From positions 1 through 59,377 of IMG/VR virus record IMGVR_UViG_3300044949_001207: 59,377 nt of DNA. One strand, given 5' to 3'. The notes under the pieces were generated by a model that was given only the letters and a program-made list of their open reading frames with translations, did not search any database and was not told where the DNA came from. Of the stretch, positions 1 through 8,413 are shown piece by piece. Numbering within the stretch: position 1 is the first letter of the stretch; each line of letters starts with the position of its first letter. The position numbers and the translations under genes are program-made. The DNA is from a virus. Its lineage: Duplodnaviria; Caudoviricetes.

Positions 1-123
1 CACCTGATGCGGTGCATTGAGGCGGGCGGGGACTATGTCCGTGATGTGTCGCTGCCTGTGGGCGACCCGATCTACACCGGCCACCGATCCTGAGGCTTCG
101 CGGATTTCCGGCAACACACAGTG
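1..123. repeat. Terminal duplication A, identical to 58947..59069
   Basis: Base-by-base identity of 1..123 with 58947..59069; indicates circular assembly. Confidence 0.95.
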
Positions 124-198
124 AGGAGACAACCCATGGCAACGCCATTGCCAACACACATCACGACATGCCCAGACTTCAAGACCGACCACCTCCGC
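100..198. repeat. Terminal duplication B, identical to 59279..59377 (99 bp)
   Basis: Base-by-base identity; 99-bp length fits an assembler k-mer overlap. Confidence 0.95.
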
Positions 199-486
199 CC
201 ACATGAGCGGGTCATCGCTGAGGCTGTACTGCGAGCGCTGCCTGCGGAAGCAACCGGCGGCGGGTGCCAGGCCTTCTGGTCGCCCGACAAGTGGAAGCAA
301 CGGGGCGAGCACTACGGCACGAACAGCCTGCTCATCCTGGTGCATGACGGCGGCGACCTGGCCCCCCTTTGCAACCCCGACTACGGCATGCCGCTGTGTA
401 TGCGGGCGCTGGAGGCGGAACTGCGGGACATGGGTCTGTTCGTGGAGTCATGCACCTGCTGGTACTCCGCCGTCTACCTGGCCTGA
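136..486 (+). CDS. Hypothetical phage protein (GGGCxAF...HDGG motif)
   Basis: GAGGAG SD after repeat; stop codon abuts next repeat at 487. Confidence 0.75.
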   Translation: MATPLPTHITTCPDFKTDHLRPHERVIAEAVLRALPAEATGGGCQAFWSPDKWKQRGEHYGTNSLLILVHDGGDLAPLCNPDYGMPLCMRALEAELRDMGLFVESCTCWYSAVYLA

Positions 487-624
487 GCGGATTTCCGGCA
501 ACCAACCATTGACCTGACCGGACACTACAGGGTGGGGCCACCCGGCCCGCCGACCAGGTGCGAAACGGGTGGCATTCAATACACACAGGCGGATTTCCGG
601 CAACCACTAACGGGAGGACGAGTG

Positions 625-822
625 ATGGACTGCTGCATCTGTTCAAAGCCTATCGCCCCGGTCGGGGATTGGACGCAGGGCAATGACGCATGGCCGGTGG
701 CCGATGGCCGGTGCTGCAACCAGTGCGACATGACGGTGGTGGTGCAGGCCCGACTTATGGAGTGGGCGGCGGAGCGGAGCAAGCGGATTTCCGGCAACTC
801 AAAGCGGGAGGCAACCACATGA
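625..822 (+). CDS. Small Cys-rich putative Zn-binding protein
   Basis: CCIC...GNDAWPVADGRCCNQC; GGAGG SD; reads through repeat as RISGN. Confidence 0.7.
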   Translation: MDCCICSKPIAPVGDWTQGNDAWPVADGRCCNQCDMTVVVQARLMEWAAERSKRISGNSKREATT

Positions 823-1100
823 GCGACATCCTCGCAGACATTGAACGGGTGCTGGATCGATACCACAGATCGACGCCACTGCTGGTTCACGGCACCCTGC
901 TGGATGCAAGGCAGGAGATCAAGGCACTGATGACTGCGGTCGAGAACCTGACGGTCGAGCGGAACCTCCTGTCGCGGGCGCTTGAAGACCTGGCCGGGAG
1001 GTGCGACGGGCCGGATGGCGTGCTGAAAAACGGGGAGAACATACCCACATACCAGGCGCATGCGGCGCTGGGTCACTTCGATGACGGGGAGGATCGCTGA
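819..1100 (+). CDS. Hypothetical coiled-coil protein
   Basis: GGGAGG SD after repeat at 783; MSDILADIERVL. Confidence 0.7.
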   Translation: MSDILADIERVLDRYHRSTPLLVHGTLLDARQEIKALMTAVENLTVERNLLSRALEDLAGRCDGPDGVLKNGENIPTYQAHAALGHFDDGEDR

Positions 1101-1246
1101 TGAGCGTCGGCAGGATCGAAGTCCCATTCGTGGACGGTGTCGAGAGGCTGGCTGAGCTGCTGCTGTCGCTGGCACAGGCGGGGTTCACCTTCGAGGTGCG
1201 GTGCCACGACCAGATGGATGTGTGGGTGGTGTCGCTGAAGTACTGA
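1100..1246 (+). CDS. 48-aa hypothetical protein (below ORF-track cutoff)
   Basis: TGATG coupling; MSVGRIEVPFVDG...VVSLKY; stop abuts repeat at 1247. Confidence 0.65.
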   Translation: MSVGRIEVPFVDGVERLAELLLSLAQAGFTFEVRCHDQMDVWVVSLKY

Positions 1247-1281
1247 GCGGATTTCCGGCAACTCACAACGGGAGAAGACAT

Positions 1282-1478
1282 GCGTGACTTTTGAGAACCG
1301 CCCTGCGGGGTGACTGCGAAGTGGTGAGAGTTCACCGTCACACCGCACCACATGGTGTATGCCTGATCGCATTGAACCGCATCGGCGCAGGCGGATAAGG
1401 CGATCCGAATAGCGAATAGGTGGCATCGCGCAGCCATGTGGAAAAACGCAGCCGCGGGGGGGTTCTCAAGGGTCACGC
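1282..1478 (+). ncRNA. Candidate structured RNA occupying one repeat-bounded unit
   Basis: 1282..1308 pairs with 1452..1478 (27 positions, 1 mismatch, 3 G-U on + strand); nested helices inside; no convincing + strand ORF. Confidence 0.5.
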
Positions 1479-1538
1479 CAGGGTTTGGGCAAGGGGTCGA
1501 ACGGATTTCCGGCAACTGGATGCAGGAGGACAACGGCA

Positions 1539-1907
1539 ATGGTGCGGGTGCGGTTTCATCTTGGTGCCGGTGAGCATTGCAACCACTGGCAAGTGCGGCA
1601 TGCGGATGGACGGGTCGAGTACTTCGATCCCGCCACCTCCGGACTCCGCATGATCGGGTGCCGACTGCGGAACCACCGGGGTACGGCACAGCGAATCCAT
1701 GACGGGGAGCACAAGTCCCCCTGTGCCTGGATCGAGGCGCAGTGGGTCTACCGATACACACCGACCGCCGATGACATGCCATGCGGGGATTGGGTGGGCT
1801 ACAACCCGCGCGTTTCCCCCAACTGGCGGAGCGGAAACGGCGACAACCTGGACGGGCGGGAGTTCAGCGTCATCACAGCGGAAGGTCGAGCACTGTGGGC
1901 GCAGTGA
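1539..1907 (+). CDS. Hypothetical phage protein
   Basis: AGGAGG SD after repeat 1501; MVRVRFHLGAG...CAWIEA. Confidence 0.75.
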   Translation: MVRVRFHLGAGEHCNHWQVRHADGRVEYFDPATSGLRMIGCRLRNHRGTAQRIHDGEHKSPCAWIEAQWVYRYTPTADDMPCGDWVGYNPRVSPNWRSGNGDNLDGREFSVITAEGRALWAQ

Positions 1908-1947
1908 GCTGCGGATTTCCGGCAACACACATCGGGAGGGCGAGCAA

Positions 1948-2280
1948 GTGAGAGCAATCTATTCGGTTCACATCAAGGGCAAGCCGTCCGTCAAGCGGGG
2001 CGGCCTTGAATACACCAAGCAAAACGTCGTGGCTTTCGAGGATCGGGTGCGGGTCGTGGCCTATGCCGATGACTTCTTCGGGGGCGACGAGTCCAAGTCC
2101 TTCCGATCCAGGGTCATGCTGAACCCCACCTGGGGGCAACTGTTCCGCTGCTTTCAGCGGCAGATGCAAGTCACCAAGGACTACCACCATCAGTTCCTGG
2201 AAGGGGCGAGGGTGGTGCGTCGAGAGGTGGACGAGGACGGTGTGTCGTATGCGGTGGTCGCGCTGATCACTGGTTCGTGA
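1948..2280 (+). CDS. Hypothetical protein (DxHHxFLEG motif)
   Basis: GGGAGG SD and GTG start after repeat 1911; stop 3 nt before repeat 2284. Confidence 0.7.
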   Translation: MRAIYSVHIKGKPSVKRGGLEYTKQNVVAFEDRVRVVAYADDFFGGDESKSFRSRVMLNPTWGQLFRCFQRQMQVTKDYHHQFLEGARVVRREVDEDGVSYAVVALITGS

Positions 2281-2338
2281 GCTGCGGATTTCCGGCAACT
2301 GGTTGGTGGATCGGGCAATCACAACAGGAGACTGAGCA

Positions 2339-3220
2339 ATGAACGTCGTGGCAGATGGAATCTCCGCACATGTGCGGGACAGGTACAACTTCACCGTCGA
2401 TAAGTTCCCCCTGTCGGGGCCGGATGGCTTGCGGACTCCCTACTACGGGCTGTTCCGCAGCGACAACGGGCAGGCTGTCGGTGGCAGTTCGGTGTCGGCA
2501 AGGTACTGCCCACACACCACCGGGGATGTGCTGGCCCTGGTCGATGCGGCTGCGGCTGCGTTCGACGGGGTGGCATCCGTCCAGTGTGGGTTTCGCGACG
2601 GCCACTGGCTGTCGATTCAACCCACCAAGGAGCACCGGCTGGCTGTGTTCGGCACCGCGGACAACGTCTTCCCGCGACTGATCCTTGACGCACCATACGG
2701 TGGCAAGGGGTGTTTCGAGGGTGGCATCGGGTACTTCCGGGACACATGCCGGAACCTGGCCCGCATGCACATGGTCACCGGAACGACCGTCAAGATCCGC
2801 CACACCAGCGGGCTGCGGCTGAAGATGGACGAGCTGATCGCCACCTTCGGGCAGCTGCGTGAGGGGTGGAGCAACCTGGTCGAGGCTATCCAGGGGATGG
2901 AGCGCCGACAGGTGAGCATGGTGGAGTTCCTGCGGTCGGTGTACGGGGAACCAGACCGGGACAGCGGTCGCTCCGTCACCATCCACCGCAACCGGACGGA
3001 GGCGATCTTCCGGCGGCTGACTACTGAGCGGCTGCGGACGGGGCGACCCGACATGCAGACCGATTGGGTGGTCAGTGCATGGGAGGCGTTCAATGCGGTG
3101 CAGGGGTACGTCCAGCATGACGCCACCCGACGCGGCAACCCGACGCCAATCGACCGGATCATGATCGCTGCCACCGATCCTGCGGTGGCGAGGGCGGAGG
3201 CTCTGGCACTGTCCGTCTGA
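2339..3220 (+). CDS. DUF932 / TIGR03299-like phage-plasmid protein
   Basis: 293 aa; LFRSDNG..VS.RY, CRN, IRHT and SAWEAFNAVQGYVQH motifs recalled for this family. Confidence 0.65.
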   Translation: MNVVADGISAHVRDRYNFTVDKFPLSGPDGLRTPYYGLFRSDNGQAVGGSSVSARYCPHTTGDVLALVDAAAAAFDGVASVQCGFRDGHWLSIQPTKEHRLAVFGTADNVFPRLILDAPYGGKGCFEGGIGYFRDTCRNLARMHMVTGTTVKIRHTSGLRLKMDELIATFGQLREGWSNLVEAIQGMERRQVSMVEFLRSVYGEPDRDSGRSVTIHRNRTEAIFRRLTTERLRTGRPDMQTDWVVSAWEAFNAVQGYVQHDATRRGNPTPIDRIMIAATDPAVARAEALALSV

Positions 3221-3226
3221 CGGGTG

Positions 3227-3256
3227 CGGGCGGCGGGGACTGACACCCGCCGCCCG
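3227..3256 (+). other. 11-bp perfect GC hairpin between stop codon and repeat
   Basis: CGGGCGGCGGG-N8-CCCGCCGCCCG; no U-tract, so a terminator role is uncertain. Confidence 0.6.
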
Positions 3257-3298
3257 ACCTGGGCGGATTTCCGGCAACCAACATCGGAGGGAGAGGCG

Positions 3299-3529
3299 AT
3301 GAGACTGCAAGACGTTATCCGCAAACACGACCTGCGTGTGTGGCAGGACATCGAAGTGGTTGGGTCTGACCGCTGGATCACCGTCGTTGCCGATCAGTCC
3401 ACGCCGCAAATCTTTGGCGACCTTCACAAGGCCACCGACTACAGCATGTGCAGTGCCCTGCCGCGGGAGCATGGCATGTTGTTCATGTTCCAGCGAAACG
3501 CAAAGCCTGTGCGGCAGGAGGGACAGTGA
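3299..3529 (+). CDS. Hypothetical protein
   Basis: GGAGG SD after repeat 3263; TGATG coupling downstream. Confidence 0.65.
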   Translation: MRLQDVIRKHDLRVWQDIEVVGSDRWITVVADQSTPQIFGDLHKATDYSMCSALPREHGMLFMFQRNAKPVRQEGQ

Positions 3530-3780
3530 TGCATTGCCACCTAGTGATGGAGAAGTTGAACCATCTGGATGACGGCGAGTCGGTGAGCGAAGCCCTGCTC
3601 GACATGGGCGGGAAGGTGGCCGACTGCGACCCTCGCCAGGATGTGGCCCGACTACTGGGGTCGCTTTACATCAAGGCGGCAGACCGCGACGAGCTGCTGA
3701 AGCTGCTGAAGTACGCATACATCCAGATCCGGAAGGCCGAGGTCGCATGCATGCATGCCTACCTGAAGGAGGACGAGTGA
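3529..3780 (+). CDS. Hypothetical protein
   Basis: Coupled at both ends; ends in EDE. Confidence 0.65.
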   Translation: MHCHLVMEKLNHLDDGESVSEALLDMGGKVADCDPRQDVARLLGSLYIKAADRDELLKLLKYAYIQIRKAEVACMHAYLKEDE

Positions 3781-3986
3781 TGCCTCTGTCTGTGCGGGTT
3801 GATGTCTGTTCGCAAGATGCGGAGAGCTATCTGGCACACATGCTTGCCGCCTTGGATGAGGTGGGTTACTCGACCAAGGTGTTCCTGGACATGGATGGCA
3901 GGGGCAACAAGTGGTGGATAGCGGATGCAGCCAAGGACGAGCAGCGGATTTCCGGCAACGCCAGCGGGAGGACGAGTGATGCCTGA
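3780..3986 (+). CDS. Hypothetical protein
   Basis: Junction motif start; reads through repeat 3944. Confidence 0.55.
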   Translation: MPLSVRVDVCSQDAESYLAHMLAALDEVGYSTKVFLDMDGRGNKWWIADAAKDEQRISGNASGRTSDA

Positions 3987-4185
3987 GTTCGACGGGACGG
4001 TGCGGCAGTTCCTTGAGATCACCCGGCAGCTGTACCCCAACTGCCGCATCTGCGAGGACGCGGAGGGGCAGATCGTCATCTACACCGGGGCGACGGTGGA
4101 GATGGGAGGAGAGGTGGTTCGCTGGGAACCTGAAGACGAGGACGATTACCAGGCGTGGCTCGACCGCAACCCTGAGATCGGCTAG
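3979..4185 (+). CDS. Hypothetical acidic protein (EDxEGQIVIYTG)
   Basis: Junction motif start; TAG overlaps first base of repeat 4185. Confidence 0.7.
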   Translation: MPEFDGTVRQFLEITRQLYPNCRICEDAEGQIVIYTGATVEMGGEVVRWEPEDEDDYQAWLDRNPEIG

Positions 4186-4221
4186 CGGATTTCCGGCAAC
4201 AAGAAACGGGAGGACACGACG

Positions 4222-4506
4222 ATGCACATGATCAAGCCGATGCCGCACTGGAACGGAAGCAAGGCCGACGATCTCGCAGCTCAGATGCAGGCTGTCGGCA
4301 ATGCCATCGAAGAGGCGGCGGCACTGATGCGGCAGTGGCAACCGCATGGCCGGGACTACCAGGGGACGGGCGACTACCTGGCTGACCGCGACGAATACAT
4401 GCGTCGGCAGCGGGTGCTGACGGAGATGGCGGATCAGTACAACGCCGAGGCACTGAGGTGCATCGACCTTCACTACGGACGCAAACCAAAGGGGGTGACG
4501 GCATGA
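4222..4506 (+). CDS. Hypothetical phage protein (PHGRDY motif)
   Basis: GGGAGG SD after repeat; helical 94-aa ORF. Confidence 0.7.
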   Translation: MHMIKPMPHWNGSKADDLAAQMQAVGNAIEEAAALMRQWQPHGRDYQGTGDYLADRDEYMRRQRVLTEMADQYNAEALRCIDLHYGRKPKGVTA

Positions 4507-4745
4507 CTGACGAGGACAAGCGGGAGCTGTACCGGATCGTTCGCGACCGGCTGAACGGCAGCGGACTGAGCAGCAAGCGTAAGCATGTGGAGTCGGCAAT
4601 CTTTGCCGCCCACAACGGCAGGCTCGACGGCCAGACGCTGGTCACGACGCGCAACCTTCACCTGTTCCGGCAGTACCGGAACTCAGTGTCGTGCAGCCCC
4701 GCCCACATGGTGGACGCTGCGTTGGCGGACGGAGAGGACGAGTGA
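4503..4745 (+). CDS. Hypothetical protein
   Basis: ATGA overlap; ends in EDE. Confidence 0.6.
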   Translation: MTDEDKRELYRIVRDRLNGSGLSSKRKHVESAIFAAHNGRLDGQTLVTTRNLHLFRQYRNSVSCSPAHMVDAALADGEDE

Positions 4746-4984
4746 TGTCATCCCCATACGAACAGGAGTACGCGGACGGGCTGTACCCCAGCTTCACCCT
4801 GGTGTTCACCCTGCATAAGGAGACCGGCAACTACAGCATCTACTGCCCTGAGTGGAAGTGCGAGCTGGCCGGTGGCAAGCACCCAGGTCATGCGGCATAC
4901 GGGCTGATCATGGAGATCGTCGGTCACAACACAGAAGAGATGCGTCATGCGAATCGCCACGAAACAAATAGCACATGCTCTTAG
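4745..4984 (+). CDS. Hypothetical protein
   Basis: Junction motif start. Confidence 0.6.
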   Translation: MSSPYEQEYADGLYPSFTLVFTLHKETGNYSIYCPEWKCELAGGKHPGHAAYGLIMEIVGHNTEEMRHANRHETNSTCS

Positions 4985-5189
4985 TCTTGAGAGCGACGAA
5001 TCATCAGATTGTATTGCTACAGCACTGCGAAGTATTGAGACAATCCTTGATGCTGTTGCTGAGAATCTTGAGAACGATTTTGAATCGGCGGCATTGGGGG
5101 ATGCATCTAATCTCATCCAACTAATGAGGAATGGGCTGAGAGGTCGAGCGGATTTCCGGCAACACACAGCGGGAGGACGAGACCAATGA
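4947..5189 (+). CDS. Hypothetical protein, AT-richer than flanks
   Basis: 80-aa ORF; reads through repeat 5148 as ADFRQ. Confidence 0.45.
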   Translation: MRIATKQIAHALSLESDESSDCIATALRSIETILDAVAENLENDFESAALGDASNLIQLMRNGLRGRADFRQHTAGGRDQ

Positions 5190-5497
5190 ACAGGCAGCGG
5201 GCGGCTGAGCGCCGCCGGTATGAGCAGGCGATGGGGCTGAAGGCCGAGCACTGGGTTCCACTCAAGGCCAGTGGCATAGCACCTTTTCGCCTCTATCGGG
5301 TGGAGGGAACCTACCAGGTGGAGTTCAACCGCAGCGGTCGGACGCTACCGATCTATGAGTACAAGATGATTTGGGCGAAGGCATTCGAGGTCAGGCATCC
5401 ATGCGGCATAACGCATCGGTTCGCCACCCTCAGGGAAGCCAAGGCATTCGCGATGCAGCAGCTGGCGGGTTCGGGCAAGCGGATTTCCGGCAACTAG
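5186..5497 (+). CDS. Hypothetical protein
   Basis: GGAGG SD; ends RISGN-stop in repeat 5479. Confidence 0.65.
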   Translation: MNRQRAAERRRYEQAMGLKAEHWVPLKASGIAPFRLYRVEGTYQVEFNRSGRTLPIYEYKMIWAKAFEVRHPCGITHRFATLREAKAFAMQQLAGSGKRISGN

Positions 5498-5531
5498 AAA
5501 CGGATCGATAACCACTACGGGAGGATGAGCG

Positions 5532-5945
5532 ATGGTTCACTGGGGGTCTGAGGACTGCAACCCGCCGCTGCCAACTGACGATGTCGATGCGGCGTGGCGG
5601 GCGCATCTGATTGAGTGTGCCGGTGTGGTCGGGCTGTCATCCGTCAAGCACAGCAACGTCGAGGAGTGGCTGTGGCGGATGACGTTCCTGCAGCAGACGC
5701 TGAGCAAGGACTGCGGATGTCTGATCTGGGGTGACGGGCCTGGCAAGACCAAGCGGATGTACCTCACCATCGATGTGCTGCGGAGGTGGGTCGGACTGTG
5801 GACAAACTGGTCAACCCTTAACCGCAAAGAGTTCGTCAAGCTGCGTGTGGATCGGCTGACACAGGAATGCGACGGCACCCTGAAGGAGGCGCTGCGTCGT
5901 GAGGCGGAGACTGCGAAGCCCAAGAAGCGGAGGGTCAAGGTATGA
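5532..5945 (+). CDS. Hypothetical protein
   Basis: GGAGG SD; 137 aa. Confidence 0.7.
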   Translation: MVHWGSEDCNPPLPTDDVDAAWRAHLIECAGVVGLSSVKHSNVEEWLWRMTFLQQTLSKDCGCLIWGDGPGKTKRMYLTIDVLRRWVGLWTNWSTLNRKEFVKLRVDRLTQECDGTLKEALRREAETAKPKKRRVKV

Positions 5946-6283
5946 GGAACTGGAAGCTGGGCGAAGTGGCATGGGGGTGGCCCGACGATGTCGATAAGAA
6001 AGGGACGGAGACAGCAAGCGGCTATCGCTACATACCGATCTGGCAGACAGACGGTGCATTGAGATACCAGGTCGCCCGCGTTTATGTAGACGAGGACGAT
6101 GCCGAGCAGGAACAGGACTTGGCGTTGCTCGTCGCTGCACCGGAGATGCTGGCTGCGTTGCGACTTGCACATGACGCACTGGACTTTGCCCAGGCTCAGG
6201 TCGAGTCAGAGTCTGACGCTCATCAACTGCGTAAGTGGCGTGTGGCTGTGGGGCGGGCGATCTCAAAGGCGGAGGGACTGTGA
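5942..6283 (+). CDS. Hypothetical phage protein (LLxAAPEML motif)
   Basis: AAPEMLAAL...RAISKAEG, a common phage small-protein pattern. Confidence 0.75.
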   Translation: MRNWKLGEVAWGWPDDVDKKGTETASGYRYIPIWQTDGALRYQVARVYVDEDDAEQEQDLALLVAAPEMLAALRLAHDALDFAQAQVESESDAHQLRKWRVAVGRAISKAEGL

Positions 6284-6459
6284 TGAAGTGGGCAAAGTGC
6301 CTGCAGTGTGGAGGAGAGGTGTGGTTCGACGCCTGGGTGTGCCTGAACGGCGACGTTGCGGGCGGGCCTTACTCCAACACATGGTGCTCCACATGCGGGG
6401 GCGAGGCTGACTACTGCGTTGTGACCGAAGATGAGGAGGAAACCAATGTCAATGATTGA
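6283..6459 (+). CDS. Small Zn-ribbon protein
   Basis: CLQCGG...CSTCGG; TGATG coupling. Confidence 0.65.
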   Translation: MKWAKCLQCGGEVWFDAWVCLNGDVAGGPYSNTWCSTCGGEADYCVVTEDEEETNVND

Positions 6460-6694
6460 CACATGGACTGAGGACGAGGTCGAGCAGGCGTTGCGTCTGC
6501 TGCGGATCGGCAATGCGATTGTGTGGGAGCTGATGCGTACCGCGAAGCTGGACAGGGGCATCCGCCCCTCGACGGTGGACAGGTGGATCTTGGACAGCTC
6601 CAGCTTTCTGATGCAGCACAACCCGGAGGGTGGTGCGGATTTCCGGCAACTGACGGTGGAGGGAAAGGTGCATGCGGCGACCGAAGCTAACTGA
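6446..6694 (+). CDS. Hypothetical protein
   Basis: GGAGG SD; reads through repeat 6635. Confidence 0.55.
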   Translation: MSMIDTWTEDEVEQALRLLRIGNAIVWELMRTAKLDRGIRPSTVDRWILDSSSFLMQHNPEGGADFRQLTVEGKVHAATEAN

Positions 6695-6875
6695 CAAGGT
6701 GAAGCAGGGGCTGTGGCTGATCATCGCCCGCTCCCCCACCCTGTACTCCGCTGAGAACGGAGCACCTGGGATGGAGCGGGCGGAGCGGGAAGCGATCCTG
6801 GCGGCGGGCCGGTACGCCGAAGCGTACTGGGGAACCAAGATGAAGATGCGGCTGACCGCCGAGGAGGACGAGTGA
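6672..6875 (+). CDS. Hypothetical protein
   Basis: GGAGG SD after repeat; ends in EDE. Confidence 0.6.
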   Translation: MRRPKLTDKVKQGLWLIIARSPTLYSAENGAPGMERAEREAILAAGRYAEAYWGTKMKMRLTAEEDE

Positions 6876-7060
6876 TGCGTGTGGCTGAGTTGCGGGATGA
6901 TCTGCAGGAGTATGTCTGCCGCTGCATCAGCGACTGCCACCGTCACATGGAGACAGGCGACTACGGCAGGCAGTGGGGATCGATCAAGCATCTGCACAAC
7001 GTACTTACTGCCTGGGCCTTGCTCGACAGTGAGGTCACCAGGCTGGCGGAGGAAGAGTGA
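6875..7060 (+). CDS. Hypothetical protein
   Basis: Junction motif at both ends. Confidence 0.6.
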   Translation: MRVAELRDDLQEYVCRCISDCHRHMETGDYGRQWGSIKHLHNVLTAWALLDSEVTRLAEEE

Positions 7061-7299
7061 TGACGTTCGACAAGTGGCGGGAGACTCGCAGCCGAGTGAA
7101 CGACAACGCCATCATCGAAGATGCGTTCGGGTACATCCCAGAAGGATCGTATTCCGCCTTGGTCTATGACCCCGGCGTGATTGCCATCCTCCCAGACGGT
7201 CGTTATTGCACGCACATCTGGCGGTCGGAATACATCGGCGGGCTGGACGAGGTTGAGCGTCGGCTATGGGAAGACTACGCCAAGGCGGAGTGCGAGTGA
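7060..7299 (+). CDS. Hypothetical protein
   Basis: Junction motif at both ends. Confidence 0.65.
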   Translation: MTFDKWRETRSRVNDNAIIEDAFGYIPEGSYSALVYDPGVIAILPDGRYCTHIWRSEYIGGLDEVERRLWEDYAKAECE

Positions 7300-7502
7300 T
7301 GGCTGGACATGAGCGGGTGAGGATTGAGCTGTCGCGTCGGGACATCGACGTTGTGCTCGAAGCACTGGAACAGATGGCGAGTCTTGTCGTGAGTCAGTGG
7401 GGTGAGGAAGATACTGACGGCGGATATCTGGAGCTGCGTCGGGCGCATCGGTCGATCCGGCAGCAAGCGGATTTCCGGCAACCAGAAGGGGAGGATGAGT
7501 GA
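7299..7502 (+). CDS. Hypothetical protein
   Basis: Coupled; reads through repeat 7467; ends in EDE. Confidence 0.55.
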   Translation: MAGHERVRIELSRRDIDVVLEALEQMASLVVSQWGEEDTDGGYLELRRAHRSIRQQADFRQPEGEDE

Positions 7503-7759
7503 TGGCGAAGAAGAAACGAAAGGCACCGAAGCCCCTGCCGTACTGGCCTGGGCTGACCAAGCTGCATGACAACCGCGTTGGGTGCGGCGCTGTGCTGCTG
7601 ACTGACGATCTCGCCAAGGCTGTGATCACCGCTATCGACATCGCGACTGTGGTCATCCAGGAGGGCGACGTTGCTGCCGGGACAACTGACAAGTGGACAC
7701 TGGGTCGGCTTGAGATGGCCCGCCGGATTCTGGATTGGACGTTCATGGAGGACGAGTGA
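7502..7759 (+). CDS. Hypothetical protein
   Basis: Junction motif at both ends; ends in EDE. Confidence 0.65.
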   Translation: MAKKKRKAPKPLPYWPGLTKLHDNRVGCGAVLLTDDLAKAVITAIDIATVVIQEGDVAAGTTDKWTLGRLEMARRILDWTFMEDE

Positions 7760-7989
7760 TGGCCGATGCGTGGAAAGTCTACGGCGGCATGACAGAGTGG
7801 GAACGCGCGCCGTTGTATGCCGATGCCCGGCAGCGGGTGCTGAAATCACGCAGGCTGTCAAAGTACATGGACATCATCTTGTCCGATGGCTACGCCACCG
7901 ATGACGATCACCTGCGTTGGGTGATTCGCGGACGGGTTGGTGAGATTGAATCCTGGGCCAAACAAATAAAGGAGGACAGCAATGGCTAA
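7759..7989 (+). CDS. Hypothetical protein
   Basis: Junction motif start. Confidence 0.65.
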   Translation: MADAWKVYGGMTEWERAPLYADARQRVLKSRRLSKYMDIILSDGYATDDDHLRWVIRGRVGEIESWAKQIKEDSNG

Positions 7990-8413
7990 GAAGAAGACTG
8001 TGAAGAAGCAGGCGATTAAGGGAGACCACATTCCTGTGCTTGGCGCACAGGACGAATACATCATGGAGTACGCCCCGTCGCTGATGCCGGTGTACTTGAC
8101 GCTGTTACCGTTCTCCTACCTGTTCGGCTCAACGTCTGCTGGGCCACAGAAGCAGGCGAAGAACTACGACCCAGCGGAGCCGCCGCACATTGAGCTGCAC
8201 ATCGATGACCCGCGCTACCCAGGCGGGGATACCGATGGCGTGTCTTTGTACTGCCGCATCACGGCAGAGAAGATCACTCTCCACTGGTACTGCATAAATG
8301 GTGCGGGCGGAGAGAACTACCATGAGGAATCGGAGATCACACTGGCTGGGCTGTGGGATTACCTGCGCCAGATTCCGAAGCCGTATGAGTGCTTCTGCAA
8401 GGGGGATGAGTGA
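7982..8413 (+). CDS. Hypothetical protein
   Basis: AGGAGG SD; 143 aa. Confidence 0.65.
   Translation: MAKKKTVKKQAIKGDHIPVLGAQDEYIMEYAPSLMPVYLTLLPFSYLFGSTSAGPQKQAKNYDPAEPPHIELHIDDPRYPGGDTDGVSLYCRITAEKITLHWYCINGAGGENYHEESEITLAGLWDYLRQIPKPYECFCKGDE

Noticed and set aside
1-198. Biological terminal direct repeats
   Set aside because: Overlaps split a gene, have k-mer-like 99-nt length and represent two alleles; better explained by circular assembly through a bubble
503-588. Hammerhead ribozyme (CTGA...CGAAAC)
   Set aside because: CUGANGA core is not intact and the required UH cleavage site opposite GAAAC is missing
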